From an uncultured virus (IMG/VR IMGVR_UViG_3300025133_000065) (lineage: Duplodnaviria > Heunggongvirae > Uroviricota > Caudoviricetes): a DNA stretch of 64,000 nt. The stretch lies in the IMG/VR virus record IMGVR_UViG_3300025133_000065, one strand, 5' to 3'. The notes below the pieces were generated by a model. The model did no database searches, was not told where the DNA came from, and saw nothing but the letters and a program-made list of their open reading frames with translations. The translations under genes were made by a program, and so were the position numbers. Of this stretch, positions 9,224 to 17,136 are shown piece after piece (positions within the stretch are counted from its first letter, which is position 1; each line of letters starts with the position of its first letter).

Positions 9224-11056
9224 TTATACCAAGTTGTGGCAAATTACCAGACCATACATGTCGGGACGAACCATCTTTTTGGCGTAGCGAGTCAACACAC
9301 CCTTGCGTGGTGCGAAGTCTTCTGTACCAAAGATGGTAGGAGTGACCTGTAGTGGGACGTATGGAGCGTAAACATAGCCGCTCTCTAAGAAGCTGGAACC
9401 CTTACGACCAACAAGCATTACATTGCGTGGGAAGTATGGATCGACGTAAACGTCGAACTTCTTGGAGATTGAACCAACGTTCACAGCACCGGCTGTACCA
9501 TTTGAGTCGGCGGTGACGCTTGCGCGAAAACCATTGGTGAACTCAAGTAGATTGGCAACTTCTGGGGAACAAACGATAAAGTTTGCGCCGCCACGAAGAG
9601 TCTTTCTGTGGATACGAGCAGAGACATCATTGACAGTCTCAATAAGAGTCTCATACCACTCAGAAACAGTACCAGTAAACTCTGGGTAGCCAGTTGAACT
9701 TGAAGCAGCCTCAACATCGGCACCAGTTTCACGGTTAAGGAAACGACCGGGCTGACGTGACCAGTGTAGTGTACCCGCAGTTGCTCTCTTAATAAGGTCT
9801 TCTAGAATCTCACGATCGATTTCTAGAGCAACCTGCTCAGAAAGAATACCAGTTAGCTCAACTTCAGCGTCCAAGTTGTGGTAAGCATTAAGGTCTTGAC
9901 CCAATTCTGGTGACCACTTAGCACGGAGCTTCTTAGTTACGGCTGTAACCGCAATTGAATCAACCTTGATGTCAATCTCTGGAATAGCCTGAAGAGTATC
10001 ATCAAAGTTACCACTTACAGTTGTAACGTTGGATTCTAAGAGCCAATTATCTGTACCAGCAACACCACCGATTGGGGCAGTTCCACCAAAGTTATCAGCA
10101 GTAGTGTATTGAACCTTCTGAATAACACCAGCCTTAGCAACCTTAGCGGCGGCCTCCTGAAATGGTGTCGAAGCAGCAGCTACATTAACAGATGCAGTAG
10201 TTGTCAATACGGTAAATACCGTATCGTTGTCTACACGACCATCAGAACTTGTGGCGTACTGAGTTAGACGACGAACCTGTGTTAGTGAGAATTGATCAGC
10301 GCCTCCAGATAGGACGTGCCCAGTGGCATCGCGGTATGAAATGCCAACCAAATCATCTCTGTTTAATTGACCCAGATCAGCGCCGACTTTACCGAAAGCA
10401 ATAATAAGACCAGAACCGGAAGCCAAGTCTGGATCATAACGAAGAATCCTTCTTGCCTCGGCAATAGTAATTGAATCATTGGCACCTGCGGTAGTCATGA
10501 ATTGGAAATTCCCTGAACTATCGATTGCACCAGAAGCAACAACTTCAAGACCAGTATTCATGGTACCACCAGAAACTGGTGAGGAATAACCATTATTTAG
10601 GCTGTAAAGTGACTTCTCAGCGTTACGACCTGTTAATGATACACCACCAGTGATTTCAGAGCCAACAACGCCGCCGCCGTAAACGGAATCATCAGCGTCA
10701 TTGCCTAGACGGGCATTATTCTTGGTGAAATCCAAGAAGAAAATGAGACCTGATGGAAGGCTCATTGGTTGAACACTAACGAGATCGTTAGCGAGCAAGC
10801 CGCCGAATACACGACGGACGATTGGGAATGCGACGGCAGCAAAGCCCTCGACATCACCAGCAGCCATGGTTGAAGCTTCACGAAGAAGTTCCTTGGCTTG
10901 ATTCTCTAAGAGACGGGACATGTTGTCCCTTTTTCTATCGTCACCGATTCCTTCAAGTAAACCTGTCTTTTCCCATTTGGAAACTAGGGCAGCGCCTTCT
11001 TGACGGAGATCGCGAGCAACGATGTTTTCTGTTAATCTTTCGACTATGTTTGACAT
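9224..11056 (-). CDS. gp23: Major capsid protein (T4 gp23-like)
   Basis: PIVRRVF..L.AND.VSVQPMSLPSGLIFFL, KLRAKWSPELGQDLNAYHNLDAE.EL, YVYAPYVPL, F.PRKGVLTRY; perfect TAAGGAGG RBS. Confidence 0.97.
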   Translation of the reverse strand: MSNIVERLTENIVARDLRQEGAALVSKWEKTGLLEGIGDDRKRDNMSRLLENQAKELLREASTMAAGDVEGFAAVAFPIVRRVFGGLLANDLVSVQPMSLPSGLIFFLDFTKNNARLGNDADDSVYGGGVVGSEITGGVSLTGRNAEKSLYSLNNGYSSPVSGGTMNTGLEVVASGAIDSSGNFQFMTTAGANDSITIAEARRILRYDPDLASGSGLIIAFGKVGADLGQLNRDDLVGISYRDATGHVLSGGADQFSLTQVRRLTQYATSSDGRVDNDTVFTVLTTTASVNVAAASTPFQEAAAKVAKAGVIQKVQYTTADNFGGTAPIGGVAGTDNWLLESNVTTVSGNFDDTLQAIPEIDIKVDSIAVTAVTKKLRAKWSPELGQDLNAYHNLDAEVELTGILSEQVALEIDREILEDLIKRATAGTLHWSRQPGRFLNRETGADVEAASSSTGYPEFTGTVSEWYETLIETVNDVSARIHRKTLRGGANFIVCSPEVANLLEFTNGFRASVTADSNGTAGAVNVGSISKKFDVYVDPYFPRNVMLVGRKGSSFLESGYVYAPYVPLQVTPTIFGTEDFAPRKGVLTRYAKKMVRPDMYGLVICHNLV

Positions 11057-11059
11057 TGT

Positions 11060-12073
11060 TTAATCCTCCTTATGATATTTAATGCCTGCTAAAGCTTGCA
11101 TACGTTCAGCAAAAAGATTACTTTCGTTTACCTTTGGCTTATTGTCGCTTTTTTGTGCTTTTAGCAATAAAGATGTTGAAGATCGCTTGCCTACTGCTTC
11201 ACTCAATGATTTTGGTTGCTCTTTTGCAGTTGCATTGCCCACTGTGTTTTTAAGAGTTTCATAGACAATCTTCGCTCGCTCAGAAGTCTGAGCATTATTA
11301 ATAGACTCGACAAGGTTGCCCTTTTGTCGCTCATTTAAGGAGGCGTCCATTAAAGTTTTGTTTGTGTAGAATAACTTGCTATTTATTAATTTAATTTCTT
11401 TAAATTTATTTGCAATATTCTGCACTGTTTCTTTTAGTTTTTGGTTAGACTTTTTTAATTGATTACCGGCCCTAACCAAAGATTCGTTCTTTTTTTCCAA
11501 TTTAGAGTTTTCTTCTTCGATTGCAAGCATAACATCCATTAGCATTGCTTCTTCTGCTTGTTGCTCTCTTGTTGCACCATAAGCAGTTGTTTGTCCTTTA
11601 GGGACTGGGTTGTAATCAAAATTTAATGATTCCTCCAGTTCCTCTGAAAGTTCTATCTCTTCGTCAAGGTCTGGTGGTTGTGGTAAAGCACCAGATATTC
11701 CATCACCACCCGTTTCTTTATAGATTTCCTCATCTAATTCGACTTCTTCTTCTAATTCGACTTCTTCTTCAGCCTGTTCTTTTTGGACTTGCTCAAACAA
11801 TGATTTAATATCAATATCAATCATTTCCTCTTGTTCAAGTTCACTTAACTCTGTGTTCTCAACGAAAGAATATCCTTCGCCCTTTTCATCTATTTCTATG
11901 ATTTGTTGGTCAACAGTTTTATCTTCTTCAAAGTCATTTTTTTCCATAAGTTTTTCGACTGCCTCTTTAATATCAGTTGAATACTTATCAACAACTGCCT
12001 GTTCAGCACTCTTAATTGCCGCCTCCCTGAGAGCAGTTGCGTCGATAATTGCTTGTTCTAACATAGATGACAT
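11060..12073 (-). CDS. Prohead core / scaffolding protein (gp22-like role)
   Basis: Very Glu-rich coiled coil immediately upstream of the capsid gene; many (L/I)xE protease-type sites; C-terminal ERMQALAGI. Confidence 0.75.
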   Translation of the reverse strand: MSSMLEQAIIDATALREAAIKSAEQAVVDKYSTDIKEAVEKLMEKNDFEEDKTVDQQIIEIDEKGEGYSFVENTELSELEQEEMIDIDIKSLFEQVQKEQAEEEVELEEEVELDEEIYKETGGDGISGALPQPPDLDEEIELSEELEESLNFDYNPVPKGQTTAYGATREQQAEEAMLMDVMLAIEEENSKLEKKNESLVRAGNQLKKSNQKLKETVQNIANKFKEIKLINSKLFYTNKTLMDASLNERQKGNLVESINNAQTSERAKIVYETLKNTVGNATAKEQPKSLSEAVGKRSSTSLLLKAQKSDNKPKVNESNLFAERMQALAGIKYHKED

Positions 12074-12094
12074 TTGGGTAACTCCTAAAATGGA

Positions 12095-12109
12095 CTACAA
12101 TAAATAGTT
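12095..12109 (-). promoter_or_regulatory. Putative late promoter (AACTATTTATTGTAG)
   Basis: Intergenic, upstream of scaffold and capsid. Confidence 0.6.
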
Positions 12110-12128
12110 GTTAAAAAGGTAAAATGAC

Positions 12129-12362
12129 TTAGGGATGAATGGGTGTGACTGGAATAGTGTATCCAGCGTTGATTATCCACTCTTGAAGATTAAATTCTGT
12201 CCAAGTAGTTTGTATTGAAATAATAGCATTTGAAGGAGTCGTGTGCCCCCAATCGCCAAGAACTCTGTATTTACTGAGTCCTTTCTTTACTGGTGTGCCG
12301 TTGCCGCCAGAGTTGGATTCAGTTACAATGTAATAAGTTATTGGTAATGGCTTTGTGGACAT
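12129..12362 (-). CDS. Hypothetical protein
   Basis: 77-aa ORF in the operon direction with AAGGA RBS after the upstream stop. Confidence 0.5.
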   Translation of the reverse strand: MSTKPLPITYYIVTESNSGGNGTPVKKGLSKYRVLGDWGHTTPSNAIISIQTTWTEFNLQEWIINAGYTIPVTPIHP

Positions 12363-12373
12363 TTAATTATTCC

Positions 12374-13255
12374 TTATGTGGGAGACGCGCCCGCACCTAC
12401 ATTGTATCTATTGAGTACGGCATTTTGTAATCGGCTCATTTCCCCATCAGTCAGTACTCTTGTAATCGCAATGAAACAACCAATTGAACCATTCATATGT
12501 AAAGTTGTACCACCGTTGCGGCGACCGATGTGAAGTTTGTCATTAGACTTCCAAGCACTATCAATATTAAATGTTGAACCGCCAGTGTAAATATTTGATG
12601 TAGCAACTGGTGAACCATTAACATAGGGTTTCGTGGCTAAACCAGCACCAGCGCCGGGGGCATTTCGATTAAACACCACCCCAAGTGCTAAAGGATTATT
12701 TACTGTAACATTTACTCCGTCAGCGCCCGCGATGCCGCCAAGGGCTGAACCATCTGGGTGTTGATCTTGACCATTGTATACTGCGAAATCGGAGGCGCCG
12801 AGTTGAAAAGCGACAGCGAAACCATTCATGCTGTACCAATAGGTGCCGTATTCCAGTACCGTTTGAAATCCGTCTGAAGAATCTTCATTTTTTGAAAAGT
12901 ATACAAGCGAAAGGGCTGTCTTTGAATTCAATTGAGTGGCATTAGCAGCAGTGCTCATAAAATTACTTGAGCCATTAAATGAAACAACCGGCTTGCCATT
13001 GTATAAATCGAGAGTGGGCTTATCGGTTGAAGTAAAGTTGGTGTTAAAAACATCCCAAGCATCAAACCAATTTGTTATTGTGCCGCCGACTGCGATGTCG
13101 TTAATAGACAGCGAGTCTAAACAAAATAATAAGTCGTCGCCAGCAGTATGTTTAACTAAATTTAAAAAATTACTGCTTTTATCTTCAACACGGATTTTAC
13201 CGGTTGATCGAGATGAAAAATTTCCGTGACGACCACCAAATCCACTTTTCATCAA
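12374..13255 (-). CDS. LamG/concanavalin A-like domain protein, possible head decoration
   Basis: Beta-rich; P.V.FNG, YVNGS.V, LHIGRR.....HMNGSIG, R.LTD.E...L typical of phage LamG-like domains. Confidence 0.55.
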   Translation of the reverse strand: MMKSGFGGRHGNFSSRSTGKIRVEDKSSNFLNLVKHTAGDDLLFCLDSLSINDIAVGGTITNWFDAWDVFNTNFTSTDKPTLDLYNGKPVVSFNGSSNFMSTAANATQLNSKTALSLVYFSKNEDSSDGFQTVLEYGTYWYSMNGFAVAFQLGASDFAVYNGQDQHPDGSALGGIAGADGVNVTVNNPLALGVVFNRNAPGAGAGLATKPYVNGSPVATSNIYTGGSTFNIDSAWKSNDKLHIGRRNGGTTLHMNGSIGCFIAITRVLTDGEMSRLQNAVLNRYNVGAGASPT

Positions 13256-13716
13256 CCTACTCCAGAGGTTCCTGACCAGTTGGTTTGTAGTTTTGCTGAT
13301 GGAATACCAGTCATACCGGCGATTACAGAGGCAGTCGTTTCAGATGTGTGACCAGCAATATAAAGACTTGTAACTCTAAACTCGCCAGTATAGGACTCTC
13401 CATTATCTAAAAGAAAGTAATTATTACCTGTATCATTTGCAGCAGAACCGGTAACGCCAAGATTACTAAATCCTACTCTTAATTTTGCGGATGAACCAGT
13501 ATGCTCATTAACCACAGTCACAAATTTTGTAACATATGGAAAATTAATAGTATAGGCACCGGCACCATCCTCAATGTTATCAACAACAACAGAAGAAGTG
13601 AGATATGGAATACCACTTAATTGATATTGACCGACAGCAGCAACACCAGGGCTTGGGTGACTAAATCTTTGGTCTGCAAAGCTTGTGTTTGCTTTAATGT
13701 TACCGTTTTCTGGCAT
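13252..13716 (-). CDS. Hypothetical virion protein
   Basis: Beta-strand/Gly-Thr-rich; VGQYQLSGIPY, FPYVTKFVTV.N; within the head module. Confidence 0.5.
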   Translation of the reverse strand: MPENGNIKANTSFADQRFSHPSPGVAAVGQYQLSGIPYLTSSVVVDNIEDGAGAYTINFPYVTKFVTVVNEHTGSSAKLRVGFSNLGVTGSAANDTGNNYFLLDNGESYTGEFRVTSLYIAGHTSETTASVIAGMTGIPSAKLQTNWSGTSGVG

Positions 13717-13930
13717 CTTCTTCTCCGTTTTGTTCCATAAATAGTTTCTTTAAAACTCTTTTTCTTTTTAATTTATCTCTTCTTTTTTTAACAGAAGGCT
13801 TTTCGTAGTACTTTCTATTTTTACATTCTTCAACAATGCCTTCTTTTTTTACTTTTCTGCTAAATCTTTTAATTAGTGATTCTACAGATTCATTTTTTCT
13901 TGCTGTTACATAGACATTAATTACACTCAT
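13700..13930 (-). CDS. rpsU: Phage-encoded ribosomal protein bS21
   Basis: NESVESLIKRFSRKVKKEGIVEECKNRKYYEKPSVKKRR matches the bS21 signature; start refined to ATG at 13930 with a GAGG RBS. Confidence 0.9.
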   Translation of the reverse strand: MSVINVYVTARKNESVESLIKRFSRKVKKEGIVEECKNRKYYEKPSVKKRRDKLKRKRVLKKLFMEQNGEEDARKR

Positions 13931-13937
13931 TTTAACC

Positions 13938-14357
13938 TCATAATAATTTTGACCACTTATCGCCACCAATATTTAAAATACCTGAAATATCTACGCCAGC
14001 ATCATCTGGCGCAACACCCGATAGCGCACTACTTGGACCACCAGACTTAGATTCTTGCATCGGGGTCAAACCTTCAAATATGTCAACCCCACCATATGCA
14101 TTTTTGCTTACCGCTTCTAAAAGCGACTTTTTTGTTTGGTCTAATTTTCTTTTCTTTGTATCTCGTCTTTTTTTTGCTTCTTGATCGCTTTCATATCTTT
14201 TCTTTTGTTCGGTAATATTTTTTTGTTGTGGGCTTGAATCCACACCTTTTAGTACCTCAGAGATAATACCTGAAATTAAATTTGACTCAACCAGCGCTTC
14301 TTGGATGCACTCTTTGATAATAGGTTTTAACATTTTTTTGAATTGTTCTTTTTTCAT
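13938..14357 (-). CDS. Hypothetical head-associated protein
   Basis: N-terminus MKKEQFKKMLKPIIKECIQE resembles the IIKEE leader; between protease and bS21. Confidence 0.55.
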   Translation of the reverse strand: MKKEQFKKMLKPIIKECIQEALVESNLISGIISEVLKGVDSSPQQKNITEQKKRYESDQEAKKRRDTKKRKLDQTKKSLLEAVSKNAYGGVDIFEGLTPMQESKSGGPSSALSGVAPDDAGVDISGILNIGGDKWSKLL

Positions 14358-14358
14358 T

Positions 14359-14973
14359 TTAATCCAAAATTGAATTTAAGATTGAATTTACACGATAATC
14401 CCTATCATGAACTTTCACCTCTTTCGATTCCCTAATTTTTTGGGGGTTCATAAATGCGCCTGGGGTTGATGGATCAGCAACAATATCAAAACAAATTAAA
14501 GTAAAATCTTCTTGAACAATACTTATCCCATTTGATTCATTTACAACCGAGCCAAGTCCTCTTGATGATATACCAACTTGCCCACCTGACTTAACAATGC
14601 CCTTCACAATTTCGCCACAGGGAGTATCTAAGATTTTAATAGCCCCCATAATAGCATCACCATCTTTCCAGTAACGAGTAACCATATGAGATGCGTTTTT
14701 TAAATCAACAACAGAAGTATCTGGATGGTCTAATTCTCCAAACGCCCTCTTTTGTTTGATAAGCATGTCATAATTTTTCATTTCTCTCTCAAGGACATGA
14801 GATGGATATTTTCGACCATTGCCGTTTTTGGTATTGCCTTTTTGTAAAATACCAGTCAAATACCATGCCTTGTTTTCTTTAATGTCTTTTTTTTCTGCCT
14901 CAGTTAATAAATCTTGGCAGTATCCGCCTTCACACAAGGCATAATATTCTCTTAATAATGATTTATTGGACAT
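14359..14973 (-). CDS. gp21: Prohead core protease (T4 gp21-like)
   Basis: N.NGR.YP, GELDHP, ILDTPCG.I, GISSRGLGS, FDIVADPSTPGAF; start refined to ATG at 14973 (GGAG RBS). Confidence 0.93.
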   Translation of the reverse strand: MSNKSLLREYYALCEGGYCQDLLTEAEKKDIKENKAWYLTGILQKGNTKNGNGRKYPSHVLEREMKNYDMLIKQKRAFGELDHPDTSVVDLKNASHMVTRYWKDGDAIMGAIKILDTPCGEIVKGIVKSGGQVGISSRGLGSVVNESNGISIVQEDFTLICFDIVADPSTPGAFMNPQKIRESKEVKVHDRDYRVNSILNSILD

Positions 14974-14977
14974 TTTT

Positions 14978-15355
14978 TTAGTCTCCAACCTTTGTGTTTA
15001 ACCTTGGCGTAGATGGGCCTGCACCAATTTCCTGTCTTTTTTCCTTTGCAATACGAACTGCGTCATGCATTTGGGTTAAAAAATCGGAAACTAATTTAAC
15101 TACCTCACCACTTGGAATACCAGCTTGAACCAAAGCTGGTCCAGTTATTTCAGCAATCTCAGTTGCCACAGCATCAAGAATATTTCCCTGGGCTGCAATC
15201 ATTTGTTTTATTTCTTGTTCAGCGCTATCAACAATTCCTTGGATGTCAGGAGTGTCGGCATCTCCACCGGCATCACCATCCATGGCCCCATGATATCCAA
15301 CCTTTTCTTGAATAAGAGAGGTTACAACCATTTTTTTAATTTCATTTAAGTTCAT
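14978..15355 (-). CDS. Hypothetical protein (possible internal head protein)
   Basis: Start refined to ATG at 15355 (AGGAG RBS): MNLNEIKKMVVTSLIQE...; acidic and helical. Confidence 0.55.
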   Translation of the reverse strand: MNLNEIKKMVVTSLIQEKVGYHGAMDGDAGGDADTPDIQGIVDSAEQEIKQMIAAQGNILDAVATEIAEITGPALVQAGIPSGEVVKLVSDFLTQMHDAVRIAKEKRQEIGAGPSTPRLNTKVGD

Positions 15356-15465
15356 TAAAATTCTCCTGCGGGCGTTACCCGCCTGATACAACTGCCCTTA
15401 CAACAAAGGCGTGGTGGTTGAAGCATCCACTTAGTTTCAACGTAATTATTAATTCCTTTTAACAT
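15355..15465 (-). CDS. Small Cys-containing hypothetical peptide (36 aa)
   Basis: Not in the ORF track. MLKGINNYVETKWMLQPPRLCCKGSCIRRVTPAGEF*; GAGGGA upstream; fills the gap and its TAA overlaps the next ATG. Confidence 0.5.
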   Translation of the reverse strand: MLKGINNYVETKWMLQPPRLCCKGSCIRRVTPAGEF

Positions 15466-15745
15466 TTATTCCCTCATCTCCAAAAATAGTACAGAATATG
15501 TACGATGTTCCTGAACTTAACCAACCACACAAAAGCATGTCGATTACACTGTATTCAAAAGTAATTAGTTCTGTATAAGGTGAAACTAAAAAAACAAATG
15601 CTCCAACCCAGAATCCTGTACACATAGGACACTTTAACAAGTCTCCAAAAAAGCCTTTTTTTGGACGAATATTATTAAATATAGAACCATACACTAAAAT
15701 TTGTGTTAAGCCATAACATATTAAAATAAAATATAGTAAAGTCAT
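15449..15745 (-). CDS. Small membrane protein, DUF1360-like
   Basis: Three hydrophobic stretches and LLKCPMCTGFWVG. Confidence 0.6.
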   Translation of the reverse strand: MTLLYFILICYGLTQILVYGSIFNNIRPKKGFFGDLLKCPMCTGFWVGAFVFLVSPYTELITFEYSVIDMLLCGWLSSGTSYIFCTIFGDEGINVKRN

Positions 15746-16345
15746 TTATATCCTGTAAAGTAAGCCATAATATTGTGTATAAAAAGGGTCCATTGTACCC
15801 TTCTTTTTTTGCTGTGGAACTTCACCATATTCCGTGCTATCGCCTATATCGGGTTCAACCAACATCTTATCAACTTCAAAATCATAGTCAAGCGCCCTTT
15901 TGAGTGAAGGTAACTCTTCCCTGAAAAACAAAAAGATGTTTAAAAGAACTGTTTTAACTATATTTATTTTTTTATTTGCCGGATAGGTTGCTTCAATACT
16001 TCCAAAAATATTACCACCCTTTACAGTATCGGGTAAAATAACGCCGCGCCTTATTAGAAACTCAAAAAAAGCATCTTGGTGTGGATAAGCAGAAGACTTT
16101 CTTCTCTTATTAACAAAAGTCATAATTTTTTTCTTATCTGGATTGACAACTATATCAAAGAGTGGGTGATCATAAATAATATAATTATTGTCTAACGTTC
16201 TACGAATATTTAATGAAATAAGTTGTGATGGAACTGGCTCAACATTCACATCAATTGATGTCGGCTGTGGCTCGACAACTGATATAATAATTTTATCTTC
16301 TTGTTTGTCATCTATCTTAATTTTGACTTCATCAATTTTAATCAT
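15746..16345 (-). CDS. Hypothetical protein
   Basis: 199-aa ORF coupled to its neighbours. Confidence 0.6.
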   Translation of the reverse strand: MIKIDEVKIKIDDKQEDKIIISVVEPQPTSIDVNVEPVPSQLISLNIRRTLDNNYIIYDHPLFDIVVNPDKKKIMTFVNKRRKSSAYPHQDAFFEFLIRRGVILPDTVKGGNIFGSIEATYPANKKINIVKTVLLNIFLFFREELPSLKRALDYDFEVDKMLVEPDIGDSTEYGEVPQQKKKGTMDPFYTQYYGLLYRI

Positions 16346-17135
16346 TGCTTCTAATCTCTCTTACAAGTTGCTGCATTTTCATAATTTGTTTTAACATATC
16401 TTCATTAATTAGTTGACCTTTGTATCCATCAATGACGGAAGTAATTTTATTAAGCTTCTCTTGTAATTCACTTTCAAATTTTGCGGCTGTAACAGCCTCT
16501 TTAATTCGGTCTAATTCATCACTTAGATATATTTTCAATTCAAGACCATTGTCTGCAAAGGATGAAACATATTTGGAAAGCAAGATTCTTTGTTCTTCAA
16601 GCAAGGAGCTATAATGATTATTAAATTTTGATGAAAATATTCTCATTGTTGCATTATCAACTCTTTTTTCTTCACTTGGCTGTTGAGGGCTTGAAGACAT
16701 ATATTGGACTACAGTACCTTCCACTAAAACTCTATTTTTAATTTTTGTTTTTGGCGAAAACATTTGATAAACGCTTGCGAGTGCCTTATAGTTTGGTATA
16801 AAATTAGATAAGACTTCTTCACTTAAAGTGTTATGAATCTTATTAATAAGGCGTGTTTGTTCTTCAAAAAGCTTTTTGGTGTTTAGCTTTTCCCGTTCTT
16901 TGCGAACATAACCAATAATCTTCTCTGCGGCCTCCTTTGTTGTACCGCGAGTTTCAATGATTTCTTTGTAAAGGTTTAAATCCTTTTTTAAAGCTGTTCC
17001 ACTATTAAAAAACTCTTTTACAACTGCCATTACAGCAGCTTCTCTTTTTTCATTTTTAGCCACTACGCTTTTGGTAAGTTCTCTAACCAGAGCCTCATAC
17101 AAAAAAGCAGTATTTCTTCTCTTGTTGTGGTTCAT
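16338..17135 (-). CDS. Hypothetical helical protein downstream of portal
   Basis: Start refined to ATG at 17135 (MNHNKRRNTAFLYEALVRE), just after the portal stop. Confidence 0.6.
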   Translation of the reverse strand: MNHNKRRNTAFLYEALVRELTKSVVAKNEKREAAVMAVVKEFFNSGTALKKDLNLYKEIIETRGTTKEAAEKIIGYVRKEREKLNTKKLFEEQTRLINKIHNTLSEEVLSNFIPNYKALASVYQMFSPKTKIKNRVLVEGTVVQYMSSSPQQPSEEKRVDNATMRIFSSKFNNHYSSLLEEQRILLSKYVSSFADNGLELKIYLSDELDRIKEAVTAAKFESELQEKLNKITSVIDGYKGQLINEDMLKQIMKMQQLVREIRSND

Positions 17136-17136
17136 A

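Noticed and set aside
11640..11775. Short repeat (ctaattcgacttcttcttc, two copies) in the scaffold gene
   Set aside because: Explained by the EEEVEL low-complexity peptide typical of scaffolds.
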